Source: Saccostrea echinata (lineage: Eukaryota). From it: a stretch of 64,000 nucleotides of DNA. Shown piece by piece: positions 37,035 to 50,412 of the stretch. The position numbers were made by a program, and so were the translations under genes. Every line of letters begins with the position of its first letter. Position 1 is the first letter of the stretch. The notes under the pieces are model-generated. The model did no database searches. It was given only the letters and a program-made list of their open reading frames with translations, and was not told where the DNA came from. The stretch lies in NCBI RefSeq assembly GCF_033153115.1, contig NW_026889786.1:1612001-1676000 (forward strand). Reading direction: 5' to 3'.

Positions 37035-37860
37035 GATTACTGCTCGATGGTAAATCTGCCACTGACAGCATCAGATGGTTTCCAACTGTCACTGGATGTT
37101 TCGACCCTGTCAAAAAAAGTGAAAAAACCATGACACCCTACAGTTAGAGGGTCCATAGCGACGATCTTCTCACTGCGTGTCACACGACTTCTACTCCTTG
37201 GTGTCTCTGAAGTGCTAAATCCAGGACGGTGTATTCTTTCCCTCCTCACCTTGACAACTCTTTTTTTCTATGTCTGCCAGCGATTCTAGAGGCTTCAGTC
37301 ATTCTTCATACAGATTGCGCAGGAAATCCACGACATCCAAATTCTATGGGGAATAGCCATGTCCTCCATCCTCTCTGGTTACATTGTTTCTATAGTCCCC
37401 AGTCTTCCTCCCATGGGCTATGTCGTAACCTTCTTCCCACGGCACTGTTAACTCTATGATGAGGATCCTCTCTTCTGCAAAACAAAAAACTAAGTCTGAC
37501 TACTGTGTTTTCTGGACCACATCAGGAAGTACGAGTTTCTACCCGAAACTATCATGTATCTACCACGGCAGCACAAAAAGGGAATACACATGTATCTGTT
37601 GGTACCGACTTGATGCTCCGTCTGATTTTTATTTTCGAAGTACTTCGTCATGCCTCCACCTACATCGTCCTTGCTCTAGTGCTACTCTGCATCCAGACAG
37701 AATGTGGGCAAGTGTTGCTCTTTCTCCACACAGTTTGAAATCAAAAGGCACCAAAATAGATTTTAAACTGTCTTATGGTATAAACGTCCATGCATCCCTT
37801 AACAGACGAAAATCAAAATCCGCTCAAACACATTGTAATTACTTGCTAACACTTTTTTTT
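37035..37860 (-). mobile_element. 5'-truncated, decayed HERO/R2-superfamily (RLE) non-LTR retrotransposon 3' end
   Basis: Minus strand: KLCGERATLAHILSGCRVALEQGRCRWRHDEVL (CCHC + RHD), then IIELTVPWEE...RGWRTWLFPIEFGCRGFPAQSV (restriction-like endonuclease), frameshifted, followed by a structured 3' UTR. Confidence 0.8.
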
Positions 37861-38933
37861 TATTCGCGTATGTTTGTATTATAATGATTATGTACAACAA
37901 AACAAAAAATTCGTGAAAATTTTGTCTCACTTATAAATACCAAATAACAACCTGGCGAGAAGGTTTGCAAGAACATTGTGATCTACAGTAGTGTTACTCT
38001 GGTATTTTTAATAATTAATGACTGAGAACGCAAAACTCTTGGACTTGTGAAATATTTTTCTTGTAATTCGGCAGGAAGAGATTAAGCAGATTTCAATGGA
38101 AGATATCATGCCTTACTAATTCATGCTAAAAACAAATTTGAATTCCTGAATTAGTTCCCTAGCTATGGGACAAGAAAGTCGCAGAAAGGACTTGGTACGA
38201 TGGAATATTTCTAATGGTGATCGTGAGTTTAAAGTAGAACAATATAGTTGTGTTACCCTAAAAATGTTTATAATTTTACAATTTAAACTTCTCTAAAAAG
38301 ATTTTTATGCATGTAGATAAGATTGAATTAATCAATTTTATCCTTAACGTAACAGTTAAACCATTGTTAAAAATTTCTACCATTCTGGGACCCCGGATGA
38401 TCAAAAATTGTTCAAACTTTGCAAAGTCTTAAACCATCGTGCGACAGATCTATGAAATGGGAAAGATGCTGAGAATGACCAAAGACGCTGTAATTCTTTG
38501 GAGTAAATACTGTTCAAGAAGAATCTACATCAAGTACACATGAATTTTGTAATACCCATTGAAGATTCTCCTCTGAATCCCCAGTGTTCTGTCGAGGACT
38601 TGTGTACATGCAAGATTTAAGTTGGACTTACAAAGTACACGTAATACGTCATCTTGGTTTTGATTGTCAAAGGGTATACTCTATAATTCTATAGTCTCCA
38701 GATATATTTGATTAAGCGTCAACTTCTTTTTATGTCGATTTAAATTCGTACAAAAAATGTTTACGTACATAAGTCCCCTCTGGCCTAATCCAACTACACA
38801 TCTATAAATGGAAAGCTTTCTACTTTTTAATTGTCCACTCCACGAAAGGAGAATGTTTACAAATTCCGCAGTTGGAAACTATTAACACAGAATTGGCGAC
38901 TTTATACAACTTTTGCCATAATCTGAGTACAAC

Positions 38934-39517
38934 ATGGGAAAGCAGAGTAGCAAACTGAAGCCACAGACTATAGCAGACCTCAGAAAACAAACGGATTTCA
39001 CCGAAAAAGAAATACAGCAGTGGTACCAAGACTTTATAAAAGATTGGCCTAAGGGTTACCTCACACTTGACGAGTTTGAAAAAATGTACATCGGGTTCTT
39101 CCCGAAAGGAGATGCCTCAAAATTTGCCAGACATGTTTTTCGAGCTTTCGATGTAAATGATGATGGTCACGTCGATTTTCGGGAATTTATTTGCGGATTC
39201 AGTGCTACACTCCGAGGTACAGTGGAACAGAAGTTGAAGTGGGCTTTCAAAATTTACGACGCGGACAAAAATGGATTCATTTCCAAAAGTGAAATGAAGG
39301 ATATTATTTCAGTAAGTTCTTAGACAATACATGTCTTAAAAAGAATTATCACTAAAATTTGTTGTAAACAATATAAAAGTAAGAGTAGATGATTCAGATT
39401 GTATTTTCGCTTAAATTTTAAAGATGTAAAAATATTGATAGTTTGATTAAATAAAACATTCTTGGTACAGTTAGTCCGGTAATTATTCAAATTTTATAGC
39501 AAATGTCATTTTTGCAA

Positions 39518-39564
<47 letters not shown>

Positions 39565-40823
39565 TATTCCGCAATAGGTTCTTACAAGGAGGGCAAATTC
39601 ATATCAGTTGTCATGGAAAGCCTGCAATGCAATGAATGACAAACTTAATTAAATATGCACAGGTTTTAGTTGAAAGGTCCATGTGAACTCATCTGCTTGA
39701 TCAAAAATTTTCTTTCTGCCTTTCTGTTCATTTTTCTAAATCTTCTCCAGAATCATATGGCTAATGAAGAAATCTTGGCACAAAGCATCATTTGGTGGTA
39801 TGGATTGAAGTTTCTTCAAGTGAAGATCCACAATCTCTTTTCAAGTGGAGAAAATTATTTTTTTTTTCCCCAAGAACCACTAGTACTGAATTCAACCTTA
39901 TCGAGTGAAGATTTAATATTTTTTTCTTTCTTTCAAATTATTGTCCACCAGACTAAGATAGCCAAAAAGTTTGATAAAGGAATACGTGGGGAAATGCTAT
40001 AAAATTGTACTTTCCAAGATAATATGCCATTATCCACTGTAATATAGATTCAAAATATACTCAAATCATTGTCCCTGGGACTAGAGTGGGGTTACCATTG
40101 AGGGTGAAAATTTAACATGGGAATATATACGGAAAAATCCTTTAAAATCTTGTTCTCAGGAACAGTAGGTCCACATTTAGTCTTATTGATAAGTTAGTAT
40201 TTCCTGTCCATGTTGTGTAGATTCAAGTTTGTTCTTACCGTGGCCCCTGGGGCTAGGGTGAGGTCAATATTTGAAGGGGAGTCTAAATTATATTTAGGCA
40301 TATCTTCAACTTTGGAATATGTTAAAAATCTCCTTAAATTTTAGTCACAACCTTCCCCATGTAGAGTAGATTCAAGTTTTGGAGCTAGAGTGGGGCCCAC
40401 TAAAGGGGATTAAGGTTTAACAGGAATATATAAACTCTTCATAAATACTCTGAAGATTTTGTAAGTTCAAGTCATTGCCTCTGGGCAAGTTTGGGGTAAC
40501 AATAGGAGATCCGAGTTTTACATGAGAATAAATAAGAAAAAGCTTTAACAATTTTCTTCTCAAGAGCAGGAAGGCCAAGTGACTCAGATGAGCGTTGTGG
40601 CCCATGGGCCTCTTGGAGATTACCCATTTATAAGAAAAAATTTAATAAGCAAAATTAACATTTGGGTTCTTCCCTCTATACAGCATAAATTTTGACACGT
40701 TTGGCCTTCCAGACACTTTTTTTTCGTTCTCTCTTTCTTTTGTCTATAGCTTGCCTTTAAAATACGTCTTTGGCAATGTGATTATTAATTAATTCACGTT
40801 GTCATAAGTCAGTTTATTGTTAA

Positions 40824-40909
<86 letters not shown>

Positions 40910-41213
40910 GCATTTTATGGTGCAACAGAACTTCAGAGTAACGCTGGATAGGAAAATTTGCAGTTTGTGATGAAGATAGCTTTGAAATGTAAATACATGA
41001 ATAAATAAGCGCTTCATATTATAGGCAATACACAGAATTGCTGGTACCATGACAGACACTGGAAATGAACAATCTATCCAACAGAAGATAGAGCAAGTTT
41101 TCCAGCAAATGGATAAAAATCACGACGAACAAATATCCCTCGACGAATTTTTAGAATCTGCTTCTAAAGACATAAGTTTGGTAACTGTGCTTGAGCTAGA
41201 TCACGATATCTAA
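38934..41213 (+). CDS. Neuronal calcium sensor, neurocalcin/hippocalcin-like (188 aa, 2 exons)
   Basis: Exons 38934-39311 and 41025-41213 (GT-AG, phase 0). N-myristoylation MGKQSSKL; EF-hands [39 protein letters not shown]; EQKLKWAF. Confidence 0.9.
39654..40613 (-). mobile_element. Degenerate HINE/Helitron-N in the NCS intron
   Basis: Reverse-orientation GTGTAGATTCAAGTTT / CCCCTGGGGCTAGGGTG cores; GAGCGTTGTGGCCCATGGGCCTCTTG end. Confidence 0.7.
40826..40907. repeat. (TA)n microsatellite
   Basis: ~40 TA units. Confidence 0.98.
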
Positions 41214-42084
41214 GGGCTGACGTGAATACGGTTATCCACATAATGAATTGTACCCTTCAAACAATATGTTGGCGTGGACATGACAACAAATACAAAGTAT
41301 ATTCTTGAGTGTTTTTGCAATGAAGAATTTCCACACGTACAGTATCGGAATTGCATGTATTCTTAAGTTTGATTAGCTTCTCAATGGGTTTATGCCGATT
41401 TTTGACGCAAGAGGATGGGTTGAAGAGAGTTATGTTCCATTTCATGGAGTTTCATACCAGAATTAACATTCAGGTATTCTTGGAGAATCCTGATTTCCGT
41501 CATAAAATATTGTTGCATCATATTCCTTTACTTCAGTGTAGTTTATATTATATATGTATTAACAAGAACAATAACCCGTTTTGAATTCTCATATTTATTC
41601 ATAAAATTTCATGTATACTTATATACATAGCACCATCTAAAATAATGAAACAATATGATATCAAAATGTAAAAAGCATAAAAAATTTTGTTGACTGGACT
41701 TTTATTGCTGCCAGACTCTGTTGTCAATGCATGTGAATAAAAAGCTAACAGATATCAACAATAATTATATATATCCGGAAAACTTTATGAATTGAAATTT
41801 TATTCATTAAATAATAGAGTAATAGATATTTTAAATAAACAATCATTATAATCTTTGTATAAATGTATATAAATAAACAAATAATGTACCAAGTGTGTGC
41901 AGAGTATGGCTTACTTTGTAACCCTAATTCTTTGTCATATGAAAAATAAAACATTTTTCTAATATGGTTCTAAACTGCACTCATTTCTAATATTTTGAGT
42001 TTTTGGAATGTTTACAGTACAACAATGTTCTTTCATCTTTAAATGACACTGCTGCACATTTTGTAGGCTTGTAATCTGCTGATA

Positions 42085-45000
42085 CTAGCTGAATCCCCAG
42101 AACTGTGTTGGCTTGTTCTCTACAAGCCTCTGCCTGGAGACAAATGAAGTAAAAGATGATATACAATTTCCTATAAATAGGTCTGACTTGCCTAAAATTG
42201 CAAGGTCAATCTGTGGCAGCCAGGGGTCAAGATGATGAACTTTGACCTAAAATAAAACCAGGTGAAAATTTACTCTAGTACTTCAATTAGGCAAAAACAA
42301 TTATTTTAATATTTAAAATAATCATGGAAAAAAACTTCTTGAAAAAGGTTCCAATTTAATCCATTTTTAACCTTGGAATACATACTTTTAAAGATTTTAA
42401 ATGGTTTTCTAAATCTTCCTTCATGGGATTTTTATCTGTTGCCACATAAATATGTTTTGCCTTTGTTCTTAAAACAGCATTTTTGGTTAGCCTGAAAAAT
42501 GTCAAGATGGTATAAATCAAGAATATTTTTGATGTTTAAGAATAACAACTGTAGTCTGGTAGAACTATCCAGTTAAATTTTAAAAATTTACCTTAAAATT
42601 TCATCTTTAGGAGGGAAACACATTTTATAAGTGACTTTTTTCTTCCTTCCATATCCAAGGCATTGTGGAGATGCCATATAATTTTCATTTCCCTCTACAT
42701 GTTCACAAGCATTTTGCTTCAAAATAATTTGAATAAAAGAAAAATACCAGAATTATGAAAATTTAATATTTCAAAAAAAAATGATACATGAAAATGACTT
42801 ACATTTTATAAGTACACTGTAGAATTCATTTTTTCAAATATACTTTTGTTAGTTTTACTGAGATATTTGTTCTTCAAATTTACATGCATTCTCTATTCTT
42901 TTTCAACATGCAAAACACTAACAGATACATCCTCTAAAACATTTCCTATGTATACACGTATCTATTTTTAACTCCTGTCAGGTGACTTTTACCCAGTCTA
43001 TTCCGTTCCTGAGGTGAATGCCTATGAACTTTTCCTTTCCTATCAGCTTCTGTATATGGGCACTGGCCTCTTCTTCTATACTGTCAGACCACTGAAGGTA
43101 CTTGGCCAATGGAATATTTTCTTCAGCAATTGGAAAAGGGGCTGGGGCACCACGAAGGGCAACTACTGGGTATTTATCTACAGGAAGTCTGAAATGAGAA
43201 CCAGTAGACAACTATAAGGCCAGAAATATGATGGTACGTTTGGCAATAATTCCTGCATTGGAGGAATTGTTGGAGAATATACCCCGATATTCAATTTTTT
43301 TAGGAATTAAAAACCCAACCCTGGAGGGCAAGGTTTTTATTTTCCAACAAAATCTTGAGACTTTTTTAGGGGTATATTTTCCAATGTTTCCAATGACTAG
43401 AGAATTATTTCTATTCTGCTACAGTGAATTTTTAAACTCCTATATAGAGAAAAGGAGAAGCTAGATTTTGATGTCAACAGAGTGTCTTATGATGTCATAA
43501 ATGAACGATACTCTTTCATTTGCACTTCACACATTAGAAAAAGTCCAATATAATCCAAATCCCAAATAAACTTTTTTCCCACTGATCTGTGATACAATCA
43601 AAAATCAAAAGGTTCCTTGGTCCTTTTCCAGTCAAGATTAGAGGAAACCAGTTTAAGTATACTGATAATTTGTGATTTATTAGAGAATAATGACCGCAGC
43701 ATTTCTTTGATCTTTGCAGTAACTGTAGTAGAATATACTACTATTTCAGAGTAGCCAAGTTATTGATCTTTCACTCCCCCCCCCCCCCCCCCCCAATTAT
43801 CCAAATTATTTGTATAACTGCTGTATGATGTATTTAACTGGGTTTGATAACTTTTCTTATTGCTAGGAACACACAAACTATCATTTTTTTATGTACCCGG
43901 TAACTGCTGGCATTGGAGCATCAAGGCGAAAAGAAGACAGGCAGCATCAATCTTTTATCTTTTGTCAAGTTAAAAAAAAATCAACAAATAATGAGGAAAC
44001 AATATAACTTTTTCAGTAGGGTTCAGTTCCCTTTCTACTTAACCAAATCATAAAATTTTCATTATGACACTGAACTTGAAGCTGTTTAAAATATTTAATG
44101 AGCACACAGGTGCTTGTGGACAGGACCCCCCACCCCCCACATATACAATATACACCTTGGGTCCAAAAATATTTTTATTTGTCTTTTTCCATAAATTAAT
44201 CTTATACTACACATTTACAATGTATTCCATATGAAAAATCCAAAAAATAATGTAGAATTAACATTTTATTAATAAAATATACCTGCTGTATCATAAAATT
44301 CCAAACAACCAAGTTTAATCTGACTTGTTTTTTTTCAGTTTCTGGGTGACTGTCTTGGCCGAACAAACTCTATTTTATAATACTGCAGGTATGATTTTTT
44401 AATAAAAAGGGGGGGGGGGGGGTCCTATCCACAAGCACCTGTGAATGAGCAATGCTGTAGAACCTACTCAAAGGAGTATATCTATGTTCTATAAATCAAA
44501 TTTAATTTTTTTTTGTATATAGCTTTACAAAATTTTCATCATGCAAATTAACGTTTTTGTGAATAGTAGCAAGGAGTAACTCATTACTTATCATTCAGAT
44601 AATATGCAAATATCATATCTCCTAAATCACTACAATCATGTACAAAAAAAAAAGATAATATTGTCACATGACATATAATTCATGTACAGTACTCACATTT
44701 CCTTCCATACATCTGGTTCCCCATAATAGGCCTCCATGGATATTGTCCTATCAAAGTCTACCCCAAGGCCATCCCAGAATGGACCAAATGGGTTTCCCTC
44801 CTTCATCTTGCACTCCCTCCCAGGTTTCCCATAACAGACCCCTGTCCTATTTCCTGGGGGCCAATAAGTGGGGGCGAGGTCTCTCATAAAGTCCTTGGCT
44901 AGGATTACTCGATGATATTTCTTTAATGGCTCCAGTTTAAACCATTCATCAAACTCGATATTTTTCTAAATAGAATTATTGTACGATATTGTGTCTTAAT

Positions 45001-48000
45001 TGCTTAAAGTGCATAAATTAGTTAAACAATTAGGAAGGTTCCTTAAAATAAAATTTGAAGAAGAAGTACTGACATCTGCTTGTTAAGTTTATTATAAACA
45101 TCATCATATATTAATTTTGGCATTTATGTTTATAAACAATCAAATAAAAATGTTTGTACTTCAACAAAGATCAAAGCAATATTTAATAAAATTTATTTCA
45201 TTATAAATACATTACTGTTTTTAGTTCAATTCCTATGTAAACCCATTTTAGTTGAAGTAGATTATTGACTATAAATTTTAGAAATCAATATTACAGTGAA
45301 GCAAAATCAATACTTGTAAATTTATCAGTCATCTTTAGCAGTGAAAAGATATTTATGATGAGAATCAAGCTCATACAATAAGAGTGTATCAAAAAATCAT
45401 TCTGCAATCAACACAATCCCGAAAAGTGAAATTACTAGTACTGCCTCAAAATATCATTCTATAAAGAATTTGTATCTTCAAAAATTTCATCATCATACAT
45501 TTGATGAATATAATTTCAAGATGATTTAAGAATATTCACTCCAATAAAAATCAGTTTAAAGATTATAAAGAAATTATTTCAATACATGCACTTTATTGTT
45601 AGAACATTACAAATGTTACAATTCCATAATTGTTTAGTGTTATAGCCAAAAAGTATAAAAGCCATATGTTTTATATGCATGTATCTGCTACCTACAAATT
45701 GCTTCTGTAAAAATACAATGAAATGAACAAATAAATAAAATGATCACTGTAAGTAATAAAATCAAAAGGCCCAAGGGCCTTAATGGTCACCTGAGAATAA
45801 TACAATAATGTAAAAGATCCACAGAGGTATAACGCAAAATTAGCTGAAAGAGGAAGCTAGGTTGCCCAAGAATTTTAAAAATCTGGTAAAAATGTCCTTG
45901 CTTATTGTAACATGCGAGACCCGAGCGATCTCCTTGGAATCATACTTGGTTTGCCCAAGTCTTAATTCTCTGCATATTTAGCTGAAGTGATGCCTCTTGG
46001 CTACACAAACAACTTAGCTGCTTGCCATTTGTAACACTTGGTACCAACACTTGCCTCTTGGGTATACAAACAACTTGGTAATACATGTACTTGTTACCAG
46101 CAATCACCACTTGGCTATATAACATGGATACAAAATGTATTTGCCATTTGTTGCAAACTACATGTCCCCTAGTCACCCTGGCTCTCTGTGATCACTTGGT
46201 CACTTTGATAAAGGATAAATCACCTTTATGCATCAGAAGTAGAAATGACAATGATATCAATTTATATCCATTACAGGAAGTTGTTGACAATTGTTGATGG
46301 TCCATCTCTAAATACAATGTACATGCCTCGAAAATGCCATGATTTTTATCAATGGATAATAAATTCAGGGCTTTCACACTTTCACATATGTCTATTAGTT
46401 CTATTCTTTAATGGGAATGACAAATACATTTACGGTAACATTCAAAATCGGATTGAGGTTGGCATGTTTCGTATTCTTCGCTACTTCATGGTTGTCCCAG
46501 TCCACTTGGAGCTCCTCGGGTAGCTCGTGCCTTGCACCCTAACCTCACATGTGAATGGTGTTCTACCATTTTGCTGATCCAATTTGAAATTCCTCCAAAT
46601 ATCATCCCTTTGAAATCAGAGTTACTTTGTGGCTTGTCCAACTCTATGTTTCTGCTTTTAAAGAATACCAAGTTTGTAATCAAAACCAATGTACAAGAAG
46701 GAATTACACAAGTTAGAAAACCTTTTTAGGGGAACTTTATGCAGAGCGAAATATGAAATGAGTGAAAAGGCAAGTTCCGGTAGAGAAATGCAGCAATTTC
46801 ACATTCTCCACCAATCACATCCAAGGTTTATATGGAGTATAGCGGAGTCAGTCAAGGATTGCTGATCGGTCCCAGTCAGATAACCAAACGCACCTCTAAA
46901 TTGAAGAGTTCCAGTAATGGAAATCCAAAGTATTGACAATCAGAGTACCACAGTATACACATGTTTGATACAATTCATTGGCTATTTTGCTACATAAATA
47001 ATCTTTAAGTCAATCTTTTATAATGCTTTACAGAATCTGACTTTGAGCATGGTTTGCTCATTTAAACCAATTGAAATATTCATTTTCATTTTGTTTCTAT
47101 ATATATAACATTCTTTCATGTATTCTCACTCAATCAAATAACCTTTAAATTAAATTATATACAAGGATTTCTTGATTAATACAAAATAGCAAAGGGGGCT
47201 AACTCTCATTTACCTCACATTACAAATTTGAACTCTGCTTGCCTCCCATGAGCAGAGAAGAGGCACATTTATTTATATTTATACATTTACATTATTGTAT
47301 TTAGTTTGTTTGCTTAATACTCAGGGACAGAGCAGAAGATTTTCAAAGAATTAATGCATTTTCACTATAATCATTAGAGCTGTGCCCTAACACCAGAACC
47401 CCTGACCCAGGGGCCATGAAATTCACAATTTTGGAAGAGGCACCCTTGTTCATCATAACTATGCATTTGGTTTATTTGCTTAATAGCCAGGAGCAGAGGA
47501 AAAGATTTTATAGAATTAATGCATTTTCAATATATAGTTAATATAAAATCAGTAAGCCTGCCCTAACATCAGAACTCCTGACCCAAGGGCAATGAAATTA
47601 AAAAATTTTGGAAGAGACACCCTTGCTCATCATAACTATCCATTTAGTTTGTTTACTTAATACCCAGGAGCAGGGGAGAAGATCTTTTAATAAATAATGC
47701 ATTTTCACTATATATAGAAAGAGTTCAGGGAAGCTGTGCTCCATGCAAGTGACCTTTTCATGAAGTGTGACTCTTTCTCCATACACATTTGGACAGAAAG
47801 ATGGACAAGGACAAAGTGATCTTTATATGGCTGTTATGCCCTGAGCACAACATCAAACTTAGATTTTATCAGACTTGATGAATTAAGGATACATATCTAA
47901 AATTAGTTATTTTGGAATCAGCTACAAACTGTAGGTCATAATGCTGGATATGCAGTCTACTGTACAGATATCTATATACTTACATATGTCCTAAATGGAG

Positions 48001-48537
48001 GAACTATGAGTGTTCTGTCAATTTTCTTGGCAAATGCTAATCCTCCCAAAAAATGTTCTGCTTGGTTTCCAAACCGTCCTGATCGACCAAAAATATATAT
48101 CGAGAGTACAAAATTTTTTGCATATAAAATGTCCAAATATCATAAACATGTAAATCCGTTTGTAATATTGTAAGATAAAGCTACATTTAAATCAACAGTA
48201 TCCTTTTTCAAGTTGATGACTGACGATAAACATGAAAATGCCTGCAGTGATTAGAATACATTATAAGAATAAAAAAAAGTTTTATATATTTAATTACCAA
48301 TATACAAATGTCAGCTGAAGTTTAACCATTTCTATGTTTGTACATACAAAATCAGCACAAAAACACAAGGGGTTTCAAGGGCCTTATAATTATTTATATA
48401 AGTATAAAGTTCTGTTAGACAAACTTACCCATACACAGACAGAAAATGATGTAGCCCCTATCATCCCACTGGTGTTCCTGACTGGTCTCTGACACTACAC
48501 ACAGGAGTAGTACAATCAGTCCTCGTCTGAATGTCAT
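42085..48537 (-). CDS. POFUT1: GDP-fucose protein O-fucosyltransferase 1 (353 aa, 7 coding exons)
   Basis: Exons 48537-48429, 48078-47984, 44965-44697, 43188-42993, 42716-42592, 42491-42386, 42246-42085 (1062 nt, all GT-AG). Motifs [75 protein letters not shown]. Confidence 0.95.
44105..44443. mobile_element. MITE with 8-bp TSD (hAT/P-like) in a POFUT1 intron
   Basis: AATGAGCA|CACAGGTGCTTGTGGA.AGGACCCCCC ... GGGGGGTCCT.TCCACAAGCACCTGTG|AATGAGCA. Confidence 0.88.
45765..47860. mobile_element. Non-autonomous Helentron-like element in a POFUT1 intron, with ~180-bp core repeats
   Basis: AAAAGGCCCAAGGGCCTTAATGGTCACCTGAG start; core repeats 47290-47720 (CCCTGACCCAGGG..ATGAAATT...GCTCATCATAACTAT); GGACAGA..GGACA microsatellite near the end. 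Confidence 0.7.
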
Positions 48538-50094
48538 GTTGTGGACAGGCTTACTCAGTATCTCTTAGATACACTTCATTTAGGATCTATCTGTAACATA
48601 CAAAAATAAAAATTGATTTTTAATAAATACAGCAATGAAAGTTAAAACAATTGAAGACGGGAGATTAAATTCATGTAATTGATTTGTATCTAAGACTTAT
48701 TTCAATGTTACAGTCACTAGTGCAATAAATCAGCAGCATATATAATAATACCTGGTCCATGTCAAAAAAAATTGTGGATGTTTATTGGTATTAATACCAT
48801 AGGTATTCCAAATTGCAATTTTCAAAAAAAAAAAGAAAAAAGAAAAAAAAAGAAAAAGAATGCACTAGAAAAATTATGAGTCATCTAACTCAACTTTATC
48901 TTGCATTCAAGGACATTTACTTGCTGTAATTAACATCAAAACTTAAGACATGGAGGGCCTAGGCCTGCAGTAAAAATATGTGCTAAATTTTCTATGAGTT
49001 CCTTTTTCTTCAAATTCTTAATTTCATGCATTTTATTTCCAATGTTATTATTAATATATGAAAAAGTACTGCTTAATAGCTAGTGCGCTATCTATAGTGA
49101 TGTGGTTAGTTTCCCTCTATTTCAGGCAGGTTAAGCTGCAGCAATCCTGAAGAGCCTTTGGATGGATGACTGCTTCATGTTACAAAATTGGTGGTAGCAT
49201 AATGACTCTAGTGTTTAGTGACTTGCTTTAGGGAAACTTAAGGCTAGGACTTTGTGTCCATTACAGACTTTGTATTTGTGGTTACATGGTTGCTATTACC
49301 AAAGACGCCCAATACATTCAGAGAGGACCCATGCTGCAATACACTCAGAGAGGACCCATGTTGATATTCAGAACAAAGCTTCTTGAGTGGGGGAAAGTGT
49401 ACATGTAGCTGACAGTTTATAGGGGACTAATATACTGCCTCGCTAGTGAGCCAGCTTTTCTAGTGATGTGGTAGTTTCGATTGATTTCAGGCAAGCAGAG
49501 GTGAGCTGGTAGCACCTTTTAATGGGTGATGACATCTTCATATATATTACACTTACAGTACCATGCTGGTATTTAAACACCGGCCACCCTAACGAGTAAT
49601 TCCTATTAATATCAATTCCCAGCCTAATCCATTATTAGATGAATTTTACCATGTAATCAAATGACATACATTCACAACATTGATGGAATTTAAATAGCTC
49701 CCCTTTCTTTTTGCTGGAGCTGATGCAAATAAATGGGTACATAAAAAGTTAAACTGCATGAATATACTATACAACTGTAGACTTAAACGCAGAACCTCGG
49801 GTCATTTTTTCCCTATTATTGGCGTAAAAGTTGAAGTAAACAATCAATGTGAAAATAATTACGATTTCTTTTACATAAAAAAATCCTTTACCATGCCAAG
49901 TGAAATCTATAAAAATACACAAAGTTTTAAACTGTTTGCCCCCCTCCCCCCACTTTGATGGTCAATGATACTTCCCCTTCTTAAGGCTCAACTCACTGGA
50001 ATAATTATGATACAATTAATTTCCAACAGATTTCTGAACTTTTATCTAAAATTGCCCCATGCTAAACTGTTTTATTTTAAGCGTTATTGTTATA

Positions 50095-50412
50095 CCTTCA
50101 TCAAAGATGATCATGATAAACAGTTACGACGATGTTCCAAAGTCGGGTTCGCTATTTTTTGACATCTAAAACATGAACTTTTATTCAAGACTTAAAGTAA
50201 TCTTTAAAGGTTTTAACTGAAGAATAATACTGTAATCATTACATCTATATAATTTCATACTAAAGTAATACATAATTCCTCAAGATTTCTTTAAATTACA
50301 AATTTAAAAAAATCGGGATCGACAATCTTTATTTTGGCATGTGATTCTACTTTCGAATTCACTCACAGCTGATCAAGTGACAATGTAGTTGAGAGATTCA
50401 AGCGCTGGAAAG
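50095..50412. promoter_or_regulatory. Probable bidirectional promoter/first-exon region between POFUT1 and GAA
   Basis: Head-to-head genes. Candidate donors: minus AAG|GTATAA at ~50095 and plus AAG|GTTTGT at ~50411. Both coding start exons are preceded by acceptors (~48592, ~51741). Inference only. Confidence 0.4.
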
